Below are positions 31,613 through 40,290 of a stretch of DNA of 64,000 nt, one piece after another. Under the pieces are notes generated by a model that worked only from the letters and a program-made list of their open reading frames with translations, made no database searches and had not been told where the DNA came from. This stretch comes from Nitrospirales bacterium (lineage in GTDB: Bacteria > Nitrospirota > Nitrospiria > Nitrospirales > UBA8639), in assembly GCA_963422365.1 (NCBI GenBank), contig OY729426.1, positions 1,632,001 to 1,696,000 on the forward strand, read 5' to 3'. A program made the translations under genes and the position numbers. Numbering within the stretch: the first letter of the stretch is position 1; each line of letters begins with the position of its first letter.

Positions 31613-32524
31613 TTAGTAGGCCGGGGGGCGCGAAAGGGGGCGGCTGGTGACCAGTTCGACAACCCGCAGGTTATCAAAGGCAAAGGCTCCTCCCCCGGTG
31701 GTCATGAGTCCGATTTGTCCGGTTGAGAAGGTCGAATCAGAGACCGAGAGGAAGAATTGGTTGTCGAACGAAATCTCAAAAAAATCTTTGCTCACAATCG
31801 TATTTCTCTGGACACGCAGAAAATGCCACAGCGTTCTTTTCTTGGGCCGCACAGCCTGTGCTTTGATCAGCGTCGGGATCCCCTCGTCAAACCGATAGAC
31901 CCTGACCATATTGCTTGCCGGGGACACGAGCACAGCATAAAAATTCTTCACGTCCTGCAGCCCCAACACCAGCCCGGCGGCCGAGGTCGGGGTGCCGCGT
32001 TTCGAGAGAATGCCCACCGAGAGATCAAGATATTCCACACGCATCGTTTCATTGATGAGCAGGTGATAGCAGCTGGGATCTCCGCATGGGGTCGCTTGGC
32101 CCAGCGCGTGGGGCCGACTCGGGGCGGTTTCGTCTGTCAGCACGGTCCAGTCCCCAGGGTACCCGTGCCCCAACGTATGCGCGGCAAACCCGAGAGGGCG
32201 CACGGCCTCTCCGTTGGTTTCAAAGTCCCATTCGGCAACCAGGGGAGGGGTATGCCGTAAGACGGCTCGAGGCAGTTCCTTCAAGGGCTCGCCCTCTTCT
32301 GCAAACAGATTAGGCATCCCCGGGCACAGCACACACACAAGGGCTGCAAGGCCGAGGCAGAACGCACGAGCCAGCCTGCCGATCCGCCAAACGCATGCAA
32401 AGAAAGGGCGATGGGAAGCCCCAGGCTGCCAGCAATCTGTGTTCTCCATAAACGTCACTACCTGAGTCAAAACGTGCCCATGGGGTGCTGCCTGCAGCAT
32501 ACAAAAAACTGTCTCCTGCTGCAA
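31613..32524 (-). CDS. Exported protein with ConA-like/DUF1080-like beta-sandwich
   Basis: Hydrophobic signal-like segment; GLVLG.QD..NFY, WHFLRV, DSTFSTGQIGL.T....FDN; real start probably downstream. Confidence 0.6.
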   Translation of the reverse strand: MQQETVFCMLQAAPHGHVLTQVVTFMENTDCWQPGASHRPFFACVWRIGRLARAFCLGLAALVCVLCPGMPNLFAEEGEPLKELPRAVLRHTPPLVAEWDFETNGEAVRPLGFAAHTLGHGYPGDWTVLTDETAPSRPHALGQATPCGDPSCYHLLINETMRVEYLDLSVGILSKRGTPTSAAGLVLGLQDVKNFYAVLVSPASNMVRVYRFDEGIPTLIKAQAVRPKKRTLWHFLRVQRNTIVSKDFFEISFDNQFFLSVSDSTFSTGQIGLMTTGGGAFAFDNLRVVELVTSRPLSRPPAY

Positions 32525-32611
32525 GGGTCTTGTGCTCGCTCATTCCATATGAGACAGTGGGGCCGAGACCAATCAGACGGGAATGACGTGAGGCTTGCCT
32601 TGCTGCTCTTT

Positions 32612-32718
32612 TGTCATCCACGCAGTTTTTAGCGGGGATCCAGTCATGTGCCGGTCCATGAATTTGTCACAATCAAGGGCTTTCTTGCAACGAGACCCTT
32701 CGCGTTGCTCAGGGTGAC
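32612..32718. repeat. Cluster of dispersed TGTCA-type palindromic repeats
   Basis: TGTCATCCACGC...CGGGGATCCAG (32612-32643) and reverse complement of GTCACCCTGAGCAACGCGAAGGGTCT (32693-32718), the latter resembling 61031-61057. Confidence 0.6.
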
Positions 32719-32733
32719 CACACGAGGGGTTTC

Positions 32734-33474
32734 GTGCAGGATGACAGACGGTTGCCGTGGTGGGAGGAAAGGCGGTGTCAAAGATCCGTTCAGGTCGATG
32801 AACGCGCGACGTGGTTGGCGTTCATTCCAATCTGTCTGACAGGATTTTTTTATCTTCTCCCTTCCTGGACTCAGCAAAATCTGATCCTTCAATTGTTCCC
32901 ACAACTTGCCGGATACGTTGCGCTCGTCATATGGTGGCAATCCAATACCGATACGCTGACCGCTCTGGGACTTTCTCGTGGCTCCCTGAATCAAGGCATC
33001 ATTTGGGGGATAAGCATGGGGTGCGTCTTAGGGGTGGTGAATTCGACAGTGATCCTGTGGATGGTGCCGGTTCTTGGTGGCGACGTTCTGTTTTTGACCG
33101 ACACGCCTCATGCCAAGGTTCCCACGTTCGTCATGATCCCCTGGTTCATTGTCTTGATCGCGGTCGGAGTCGAATTGAATTTTCGAGGATTTCTCCTAGG
33201 CAGACTGGAGCATGTTTGTGGTCAATGGACGTCGACGTCGTCTGCAAACGGTCTCCGGCTTTGTTCTATTGGTGCGATGCTGATTTCCGCATTGGTTTTT
33301 GCGTTCGACCCTTTTCTGGTGATGACGTTTCGGCATCTCCACTGGATCGCTCTATGGGATGGACTCCTTTGGGCAGCGCTCTTTTTGCGATGGCGAAACT
33401 TGGTGACGGTTATTATGGCTCATGCCATTGAGGTGATGATCCTGTATCTCAGCGTTCAAACGGCACTGATGTGA
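32734..33474 (+). CDS. CPBP (CAAX/Abi) family membrane protein
   Basis: Multi-TM; VELNFRGFLLG, SALVFA, IMAHAI; only one Glu of the EExxxR motif. Confidence 0.7.
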   Translation: MQDDRRLPWWEERRCQRSVQVDERATWLAFIPICLTGFFYLLPSWTQQNLILQLFPQLAGYVALVIWWQSNTDTLTALGLSRGSLNQGIIWGISMGCVLGVVNSTVILWMVPVLGGDVLFLTDTPHAKVPTFVMIPWFIVLIAVGVELNFRGFLLGRLEHVCGQWTSTSSANGLRLCSIGAMLISALVFAFDPFLVMTFRHLHWIALWDGLLWAALFLRWRNLVTVIMAHAIEVMILYLSVQTALM

Positions 33475-33532
33475 TTTCCGTCAACCGGCTGCGCATTCGG
33501 CGATCGGGTGGAGTGCTGAAAGGAGCCATGCC

Positions 33533-33958
33533 ATGAACGAGATTGTGAAGCCTAGCGTGCAGGCGTTTTTGGTGTGCGACTCGGTGATCCACGACCGGTG
33601 GACCGGAAAGAAGAGTCTCATCGGCACGTTTACGCATTTGTGGGCGCCGCGATTTCCCTGCCAACATCACCAACTGGGGGTCTATTTTTGTTTGACGGAC
33701 GCAGAAGGGCCTTATGAGTTTGAACTTCGGCTCGTGTATTTGGATCAGGATCAACTGATTGGGACAGCCTCATTGTCGTCGGTTGTACTCAAGGATCGTC
33801 TCCAGATCCAGGATTTTGGAGTAAATCTTCCTTCTTTGGTTTTTCCGGGACCAGGCCGGTATGAATTCCGATTGTTGGCGAATGGACACTTCGTGACGCA
33901 AAAAGATTTCAACGTGATTCACCAACCGCCGCCGCTGCACAATCCGGAATCCTTGTAG
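33533..33958 (+). CDS. Conserved hypothetical protein (DUF6941-like)
   Basis: FLVCDSVI.D..TGKKSLIGTF...LVFPGPGRYEFRL.ANG pattern; AAGGAG RBS. Confidence 0.6.
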   Translation: MNEIVKPSVQAFLVCDSVIHDRWTGKKSLIGTFTHLWAPRFPCQHHQLGVYFCLTDAEGPYEFELRLVYLDQDQLIGTASLSSVVLKDRLQIQDFGVNLPSLVFPGPGRYEFRLLANGHFVTQKDFNVIHQPPPLHNPESL

Positions 33959-34168
33959 CCGTGCCCCCCCCCGGGGTTGGCCGTGACGCTCCGGGCTCTT
34001 GCGAGCCTGCCCCCGTCTTCTCTCATGCGGAACGCAGCGAACGAATCTGTAGCGGCGGCATGCCTGCTCGGAGACAAGGCCGGGCGGCATGCGGCTCCCG
34101 GCTGTCATGCCGCCTTGGCAGAGCGGCATTTTCTGTTGCCTGGAAGAGGCGCCTGAGCCTGCCATCGA

Positions 34169-34461
34169 AGAGCGACGCCCTCTTGGAGAGCTGACGCCTT
34201 CAGCTGACGACGACGAGGCGTCAGCGGCCTTGGCGGGGCAAGCCCGTGCGGTGTGTGGTGGTGAGAGGGCCGCCCCATCCGTTTGCGCCTAGCGGCTTGT
34301 GAGTGAAAGGGAGGCGTTACGTTCAGGGAGAACGAAGAGGGACGGTTGACGACCGGGACGGTGATGGGATATAGTGGTCCGACCTGAAGCAAGTCACCGG
34401 AGGAAAGACCTCATCAGACCAAAGCTAGTCGCCATCAGAACGAGCCAGCCCATCATAGGGT
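34169..34461 (+). promoter_or_regulatory. Conserved 5' leader of adhesin 2 with putative promoter
   Basis: Homologous to 28023-28348; TTGACG (34346-34351)-N18-TATAGT (34370-34375). Confidence 0.65.
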
Positions 34462-34503
34462 GTGACGGAGAGGGTGGTGACTGAACGTGGACGGAGGGCC
34501 GTG

Positions 34504-37500
34504 ATGAACCGACACCGACACTTTCACCCTGTGAAGAGATTGAACCACGTCCCTGGTCTGCGGGCTCTCACCGCCTCCTTCATCACCCTCCCCCCCCCCC
34601 CCCCCCCCTCCCCCCCCCCCCTGAAATTTCTGTTCGGCACCCTAACTTCTGAACCCCGGCGGTACCTCGCCGCGACCCTCGGCCTGATCCTCTCTCTCAT
34701 CTGTGTCCTGCCGGTCGCCGCACAGACCTCCCCAGGCGTCACGACTTCCCCCCCGGCGGCCCCTGCCGGGCTCACAGTGATTGCGCGCAGTGGCAAAGTC
34801 AAGTTTCGGTGGACCGATCCCAACAATGCTGCCATCACCGGGTATCAGTATAAACGATGGACGGGCAAGACCGAGCCTGCCGGTGGCTGGGTATACTTTG
34901 CCGGTACGTCGAGTGCGACGACGCAGGCCCGCTCGGTACGGGGGCTGACCGACGGCACCGAGTACCATTTTCGCCTTCGGGTGGTGGCCGGCAATGTGAC
35001 GGGGGCGCCGTCCGACGTGATGACCGTGACCCCGGGGCGCACGCCGACCGCGCCTAGCAACAGGCCTGTCGTCACCGCGGTACGTGGCGACGGACAAGTC
35101 ACGTTAAGCTGGGGTCATCCCAATAATGGTGCCATTATCAAATATCAGATCCGGCGGCGGGGCGTGCCGATTGCACACGTCGGGAGTAAACCCGACTGGA
35201 ATGCCTGGAGCGACATTCCGGGCAGCGACAAAGACACCATCCGGCACGTGGTGACCGGGTTACCCGCCGGCGTGAAATACTACTTTCGCCTTCGGGCGGT
35301 GGCCGGTGACTATGTTCATGGGCCGGCGGCCTATGGGCCGGCATCCAGTGTCATCGGGGTCAAGCTGGTCGCGGCGCCAGCGGCACCGCCGCCCAAACCC
35401 ACCGGCCTTGCGAAGGTCATTGGCAACGGCCAAGTGACATTAACCTGGGACAATCCCAACAATCTTGCCATCACCGGGTATCAATATAAATACTGGAGTG
35501 GCACCCCCGAGAGCGGCCGCTGGAGCGAGGTGTCGGGCAGTGACAAAGACACCATCAGCCACGTGGTGACGGGGTTGACCAACGGCACCAAATACCACTT
35601 CCGCCTTCGGGCGCTGGTCGGGCGGGTTGCCGGAGTGAAGTCCCGTTCCACTAGTGCCACACCGGCGGTCCCGCCGGCACAGTTAGCGCCGACTGCAATC
35701 AGTGCGCATGTCGGGTACAGACAAGTCGAGTTGATCTGGCGTGATCCGAGTCTGAGGGATCAGAAGGACACCACCATCACCAAATACCAGATCAAATACT
35801 GGAGCGGCCCGAGCGAGACGGGGGCCTGGCGGGACATTTCCGCCACGATCAACACCAGACACGCCTACTACATCGTGACGGGGCTGACCAACAGCGTGCC
35901 GTACAATTTCCGGCTTCGTGGGTTGACGAACGGGTTTGTGGTGACCGAGTCCAACCGCGTGCAAGCGAGCCCGGTGGCGCCGCCGCCGAACACCCCCGCC
36001 CGCCCTCAGGCGGTGGCCGGCGACGGTGAAATAACGTTAACCTGGGCCAATCCCAACAACCGCGACATCACCGGCTATCAGATTCGGCAATGGACGGGCG
36101 GTGGGGAGCGAGGCAGTTGGAGTGCTTGGAGCGACATCCCGGGCAGCGACAAAGCCACCACCGGCTATACCGTGAGTGGGCTGACCAACGGGGTGAAATA
36201 CAGCTTTCGCATTCGGGCGGTCGCGGGCAGGGTGACGGGGTCGCAGTCCCCCTACACCGCCGTCGTAATCCCCGGGGCCACGCCGAGGGCCGGCAGAGTG
36301 ACGAGAGCGGCGGCGGCCGGGGGGCTCACCGTCATCGGGGCGGACCCGGGCACGCTCGACATCACGGGCGACCGCATCACCGCCACGGTGGGCGGCACGG
36401 GGGTGGGGCTGACGCTGCCGTCTGCACACGGCGTCACCCGGGTCACCTTCTCGAGGCCGCCGCGGGCAGCCGTCCCGGCACCGCAGGCTGGGGTGACCTT
36501 TGGAGCGGCAGCGGCCTACGTGAACGTGGAGCTAGACCCGCCGCTGCCCTCAGCCTCACCGGCCACGGTCTGTCTGCACCGGCCGGCCGGGCTGTCGGGC
36601 CATGCCGCGGTCTATCACCTGGCCGAGCAGGGCCGTGAGTGGGAAGCACTGGCCGGGGCCGGCCCCGAGCATCAGGCCCGGCGACCGGGGGACATCTGCA
36701 GCAGCCTGCGAAGTGGGTCGCCGGTTGTCGTCGGGACCCGAACCGTGGAGGGGGCCACCCACACCCGTGACGCCGACCCCCTGGGCGTCACGTTATCCGA
36801 CACCCGTGTCACGGTCACCGAAGCCAGTGGTGCCGGGCGCACCGCCACCTACACCGTGGGGCTCACGGCCCAGCCGAGTAGCGCTGTCACCATCACCCCG
36901 ACCAGCGGCGAGCCTGGCGTGGCCACCATCACCCCCTCATCCATCACCTTCACCCCCGCCAACTGGGACACGGCCCAGGCCGTCACCGTCACCGGGGTGG
37001 ATGACCGCGTTGATGCGGATCGCCGGACGACCATTACCCATACCGTCACCGGGGGGGGCTATGACGCGGTACGTATCCCCGACGTGGCCGTCACGCTGAC
37101 GGATGACGACACGGTAGCGGCCCGGCTCTTCGGCTTTGCCGGGGACACCCTGACCGTCACCGAGGCCGACGGCGCCATGCACCGCACCTACTACCAAATC
37201 GTCCTGCAAAGCCAGCCGACCGGCGCCGTCACCATCATTCCCACCAGCGGGAAGACCGGCGTAGCCACCGTCACCCCTTCATCCATCACCTTCACCGCTG
37301 ATACCTGGGCCGAGCCACAGAGCCTCGCGGTCACCGGCGTGGACGACCACGTTGATGGGGGAGACCGACGCACCACCATTACCCATACCGTCTCTGGGGG
37401 CGGCTACGACGCGGTGCGCATTCCCGACGTGGCCGTCACGCTGACGGATGACGACGTGGCCGGCATCACCGTTACCGAGACGGATGGCCACACCGTGACC

Positions 37501-39936
37501 ACCGAAGGGGGGAGTCGCGACAGCGTCAGCGTGGTGTTAGACAGCCAGCCCACGGCCGAGGTCACCCTCACCGTCTCGAGTTCCGACGTGAGTGAAGGCA
37601 CTGTTGACACGAGCCGCCTGGTCTTCACCCCCCACAACTGGGCCACCGCGCAGGTGATCACGGTCACCGGGGTGGATGACCGGTTGGATGATGGCGAGCA
37701 GTCGTACAAGATCGAACTGGGTATCGCAGCCAGTCGCGACAGCCACTACAATGGGCTCAAGCCTGATGATGTGGTGGTCACCTCGACGGGCGCGTTCTTC
37801 GTTGAACTCACCGGGGTTGTCCTGGGCACGACCAAGATAGAGGGCTACACCATCACCACACAGGTAGACGGGGCGGGGGTGCAGTTGACGCTGCCGGCCG
37901 GGCACGGGGTGACCAAGGTGGCGTTTGCGGTGCCCCGCGCCCGGCCGGCGGCGCCGGCCGGGGTGACCTTTGGGGCCGAGCCGGCCTCCCTGGAGATCCG
38001 GCTGGACGCGCCGCTCGCCTCAGCGGCCACGGTCTGTCTGCACCGGCCCGCCGGGCTGTCGGGGACGCTGTTTGTGTATCATCTTGCCGATAAGGCCCAG
38101 ACGTGGGAGAAACTGTTGCCCGCAGCGGCGCCCCGCGGGTATGTCTGCGGCGAAACAGGCAGCTTTTCGGTGTTTGTCGTGGGGTCGCCCCTGCCGGTTT
38201 TTGGGGCAGCCTCGATTGAGGACTACAGCTGGACGGTTGGGGAGGCCCTCGGCCGGGTGCGGCTGCCGGCAGCCACGGGGGGCGACGGGCCGATCACCTA
38301 CCGGCTGAGTCCGGCTCTCCCGGCGGGGCTCAGTTTTGAGGCATCGGCACGCACCATCACCGGCACGCCCACGGAGGCGGTGGCGAAGACGCGGTTCACC
38401 TACACGGCCACAGACACCGACGGCCAGACGGGGCAGTTGCACTTCAGGGTGACGGTGCAGGCTGCTGAGGTGACGCACCGTTCCCGGGCGCTCACGGTAG
38501 CCCTCGCGGCGTTCGGGCGGACGGCCGCCACCGAGGCGGTAGACGTAATCGGGCGCCGGTTTGAGGCGGCGCCGGTCACGACGCCGGCGGTCACGGTGGG
38601 GGGCACGGCAGTCCCCGCCCTGGACGTCCGGTCCGTAGCGGGGGTGTTGGGCGGGGTGCTGGGCCTGACGGGAGCGAGCCGGGACTCGGCCGGCCGAGGC
38701 CGAGCGGCCGAGGGCCGGGTGGCCCCGAGCCGGTCCCCGCGACTTGCGGCCACGGACGTGTTTGCGCGCAGCGAGTTTGCCGTGCCGTTGACCAGGACGA
38801 ACGAGGGTGAATTGACAACGGGCTGGACCTTCTGGGGCACGGGGGCAGCCAGCGGCTTTTCCAGTCGGCTCCTGGAGACCGACGGGGCGTTCTACACGGG
38901 CTACGTAGGCCTGGACTACCGGTTTGGGCAGAAGGGGCTGGCGGGCGTCGCGGTGTCGCACAGCGTGGGGGGCCTGGACTACGAGGTCGCGGGGGACTTT
39001 CTCCTGGTCAGCGGCGAGCGAGGGGGCATCCGGGGCGAGGTAGACCTGGCCATGACCAGCGTGCTGCCCTATGTCCACTACACGCCGTCTCCGGGGCTTG
39101 GGCTGTGGGGCCTCGCGGGCGCGGGCGCCGGGGAGCTGGAGGTGCAAGACGCCGCCGGGCGCGTGGAGACGGACGTTCAGTTGCTGCTGGCCGCGGTAGG
39201 CGGGCGGCAGGCGCTGACCACGTGGCACGGGATCGAGGTGGCGGTAAAATCCGATGCGTTTGCCGTGCGGGTGAAAGCGGACGAAGCCGCGGGGCTGGCG
39301 GCGGTGACCGGGGTGGCGCACCGGGCGCGGGTGGCGCTGGCGATGAAGACGGACGTGGCCCTGTCACCAGAGTCGGCCCTGCAGCCCAGTGTGGAGCTGG
39401 GGGGGCGCTGGGACAACGGCGACGCCGAGACGGGGATGGGAGCAGAGCTCAGCGGCGGGGTCGAGTATCAGCAGAGGCGGTGGGGGGTGAGTCTCGCGGC
39501 TCGCGGCCGGTATCTGCTGGCGCATCAGGCAACGGACTTTGAGGCTTGGGGCGGCAGTCTCGCCGTGAAAGTAGGAGAGGGGCTGGGGGGGCAGGGGCTG
39601 TGGGTGGCGTTCGAGCCGACGTGGGGCACCCCAGCCAGCGGCGTGGAGCAGCTGTGGGGCCGTGAGGCCGGGCCGGCCGGCAACGGGGCGCCCGCGGGCG
39701 GGGCCGTGGGCCGGCTGACGGCGGACGTTGGCTATGGGCTGGCCCTGCGCCGGCCCGGGTGGCTGGTCACGCCCTACGGGGGCGTCGCCACCGGGCCGGC
39801 TACCAGCCGGTACCGGCTGGGCGGCCACCTCCAGGTCCACGAGACCATGGCCCTCAGCCTCGAGGGGATACAGCAAACCACCCTTGACAGCGCCACTGAG
39901 CACGGCATCGTGTTCTCCTGGACGGTGGGCTTGTAG
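34504..39936 (+). CDS. Surface adhesin/autotransporter 2 (extended signal peptide, 5 FN3, 2 Cys-containing modules, 3 Calx-beta-like repeats, PIG-like Ig domain, beta-barrel)
   Basis: Open frame 34462-39936; GGAGG before GTG 34501/ATG 34504; C-terminal ~690 aa near-identical to adhesin 1. Confidence 0.9.
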   Translation: MNRHRHFHPVKRLNHVPGLRALTASFITLPPPPPPSPPPLKFLFGTLTSEPRRYLAATLGLILSLICVLPVAAQTSPGVTTSPPAAPAGLTVIARSGKVKFRWTDPNNAAITGYQYKRWTGKTEPAGGWVYFAGTSSATTQARSVRGLTDGTEYHFRLRVVAGNVTGAPSDVMTVTPGRTPTAPSNRPVVTAVRGDGQVTLSWGHPNNGAIIKYQIRRRGVPIAHVGSKPDWNAWSDIPGSDKDTIRHVVTGLPAGVKYYFRLRAVAGDYVHGPAAYGPASSVIGVKLVAAPAAPPPKPTGLAKVIGNGQVTLTWDNPNNLAITGYQYKYWSGTPESGRWSEVSGSDKDTISHVVTGLTNGTKYHFRLRALVGRVAGVKSRSTSATPAVPPAQLAPTAISAHVGYRQVELIWRDPSLRDQKDTTITKYQIKYWSGPSETGAWRDISATINTRHAYYIVTGLTNSVPYNFRLRGLTNGFVVTESNRVQASPVAPPPNTPARPQAVAGDGEITLTWANPNNRDITGYQIRQWTGGGERGSWSAWSDIPGSDKATTGYTVSGLTNGVKYSFRIRAVAGRVTGSQSPYTAVVIPGATPRAGRVTRAAAAGGLTVIGADPGTLDITGDRITATVGGTGVGLTLPSAHGVTRVTFSRPPRAAVPAPQAGVTFGAAAAYVNVELDPPLPSASPATVCLHRPAGLSGHAAVYHLAEQGREWEALAGAGPEHQARRPGDICSSLRSGSPVVVGTRTVEGATHTRDADPLGVTLSDTRVTVTEASGAGRTATYTVGLTAQPSSAVTITPTSGEPGVATITPSSITFTPANWDTAQAVTVTGVDDRVDADRRTTITHTVTGGGYDAVRIPDVAVTLTDDDTVAARLFGFAGDTLTVTEADGAMHRTYYQIVLQSQPTGAVTIIPTSGKTGVATVTPSSITFTADTWAEPQSLAVTGVDDHVDGGDRRTTITHTVSGGGYDAVRIPDVAVTLTDDDVAGITVTETDGHTVTTEGGSRDSVSVVLDSQPTAEVTLTVSSSDVSEGTVDTSRLVFTPHNWATAQVITVTGVDDRLDDGEQSYKIELGIAASRDSHYNGLKPDDVVVTSTGAFFVELTGVVLGTTKIEGYTITTQVDGAGVQLTLPAGHGVTKVAFAVPRARPAAPAGVTFGAEPASLEIRLDAPLASAATVCLHRPAGLSGTLFVYHLADKAQTWEKLLPAAAPRGYVCGETGSFSVFVVGSPLPVFGAASIEDYSWTVGEALGRVRLPAATGGDGPITYRLSPALPAGLSFEASARTITGTPTEAVAKTRFTYTATDTDGQTGQLHFRVTVQAAEVTHRSRALTVALAAFGRTAATEAVDVIGRRFEAAPVTTPAVTVGGTAVPALDVRSVAGVLGGVLGLTGASRDSAGRGRAAEGRVAPSRSPRLAATDVFARSEFAVPLTRTNEGELTTGWTFWGTGAASGFSSRLLETDGAFYTGYVGLDYRFGQKGLAGVAVSHSVGGLDYEVAGDFLLVSGERGGIRGEVDLAMTSVLPYVHYTPSPGLGLWGLAGAGAGELEVQDAAGRVETDVQLLLAAVGGRQALTTWHGIEVAVKSDAFAVRVKADEAAGLAAVTGVAHRARVALAMKTDVALSPESALQPSVELGGRWDNGDAETGMGAELSGGVEYQQRRWGVSLAARGRYLLAHQATDFEAWGGSLAVKVGEGLGGQGLWVAFEPTWGTPASGVEQLWGREAGPAGNGAPAGGAVGRLTADVGYGLALRRPGWLVTPYGGVATGPATSRYRLGGHLQVHETMALSLEGIQQTTLDSATEHGIVFSWTVGL
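34590..34621 (+). repeat. C19-T-C12 homopolymer in the 5' coding region of adhesin 2
   Basis: Counted directly; encodes PPPPPPSPPP ahead of the signal-peptide h-region. Confidence 0.95.
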
Positions 39937-40123
39937 GGAGGGAGGGGCCTCGGCCATCCCCCCCACGGCAAAAGGTCGGCAGACAGCGAGCAGGGCGCCC
40001 CGGCTTTTCAGGCAGGGCTGGACGGGACACAGGGGGGGAATGCTCGAAACGTGCCGGTCTCTAGGGGGTTGCCTTCTTGGGCTTTACACACTACACCAGT
40101 TTATCGTCGCCAAAGAAGACCTC
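37868..40123 (+). repeat. Copy 2 of the ~2.26-kb inverted repeat
   Basis: Matches reverse complement of 15336-17591, including ~190 bp beyond the stop codon. Confidence 0.95.
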
Positions 40124-40214
40124 TACTGTCCCTTCCCCCTGCTGCCTTCATCCTTCCACACCCCCCTACCCCGCTGCCGGCTTGACGGCCTCGGGGCGAG
40201 AGGGGAGCGTGTTC

Positions 40215-40290
40215 GTGGCGCCGGAGTCATGTTCGTCATGACCTGATCCTTCGGGGCAGCGCGGGTGGCTGCGGCCCGCCCGGCGCCACC
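40215..40290 (+). ncRNA. Candidate tRNA-like four-way-junction RNA
   Basis: 10-bp closing stem plus three hairpins, one with a C(UUCG)G loop; TTGACG at 40182-40187 with a weak -10 at 40205-40210; not a canonical tRNA. Confidence 0.6.

Noticed and set aside
34083..34114. GC-rich hairpin GGCGGCATG...CATGCCGCC upstream of the adhesin 2 leader
   Set aside because: No U-tract, not shared with cassette 1, and such hairpins are expected in GC-rich DNA.
15336..40123. Diversity-generating retroelement (TR/VR) explanation for the duplicated adhesin C-termini
   Set aside because: Both copies are coding and kilobases long, the differences I inspected are not adenine-specific, and there is no reverse transcriptase in the window.
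15336..40123. One composite transposon bounded by the inverted repeats
   Set aside because: No transposase or target duplication seen, and the interior contains pafA in its expected orientation; two separate insertions are simpler.
40215..40290. Canonical tRNA or tRNA-Sec gene
   Set aside because: No TTCRA T-loop, no 7-nt anticodon loop, no UCA anticodon or long variable arm; kept only as a tRNA-like candidate.
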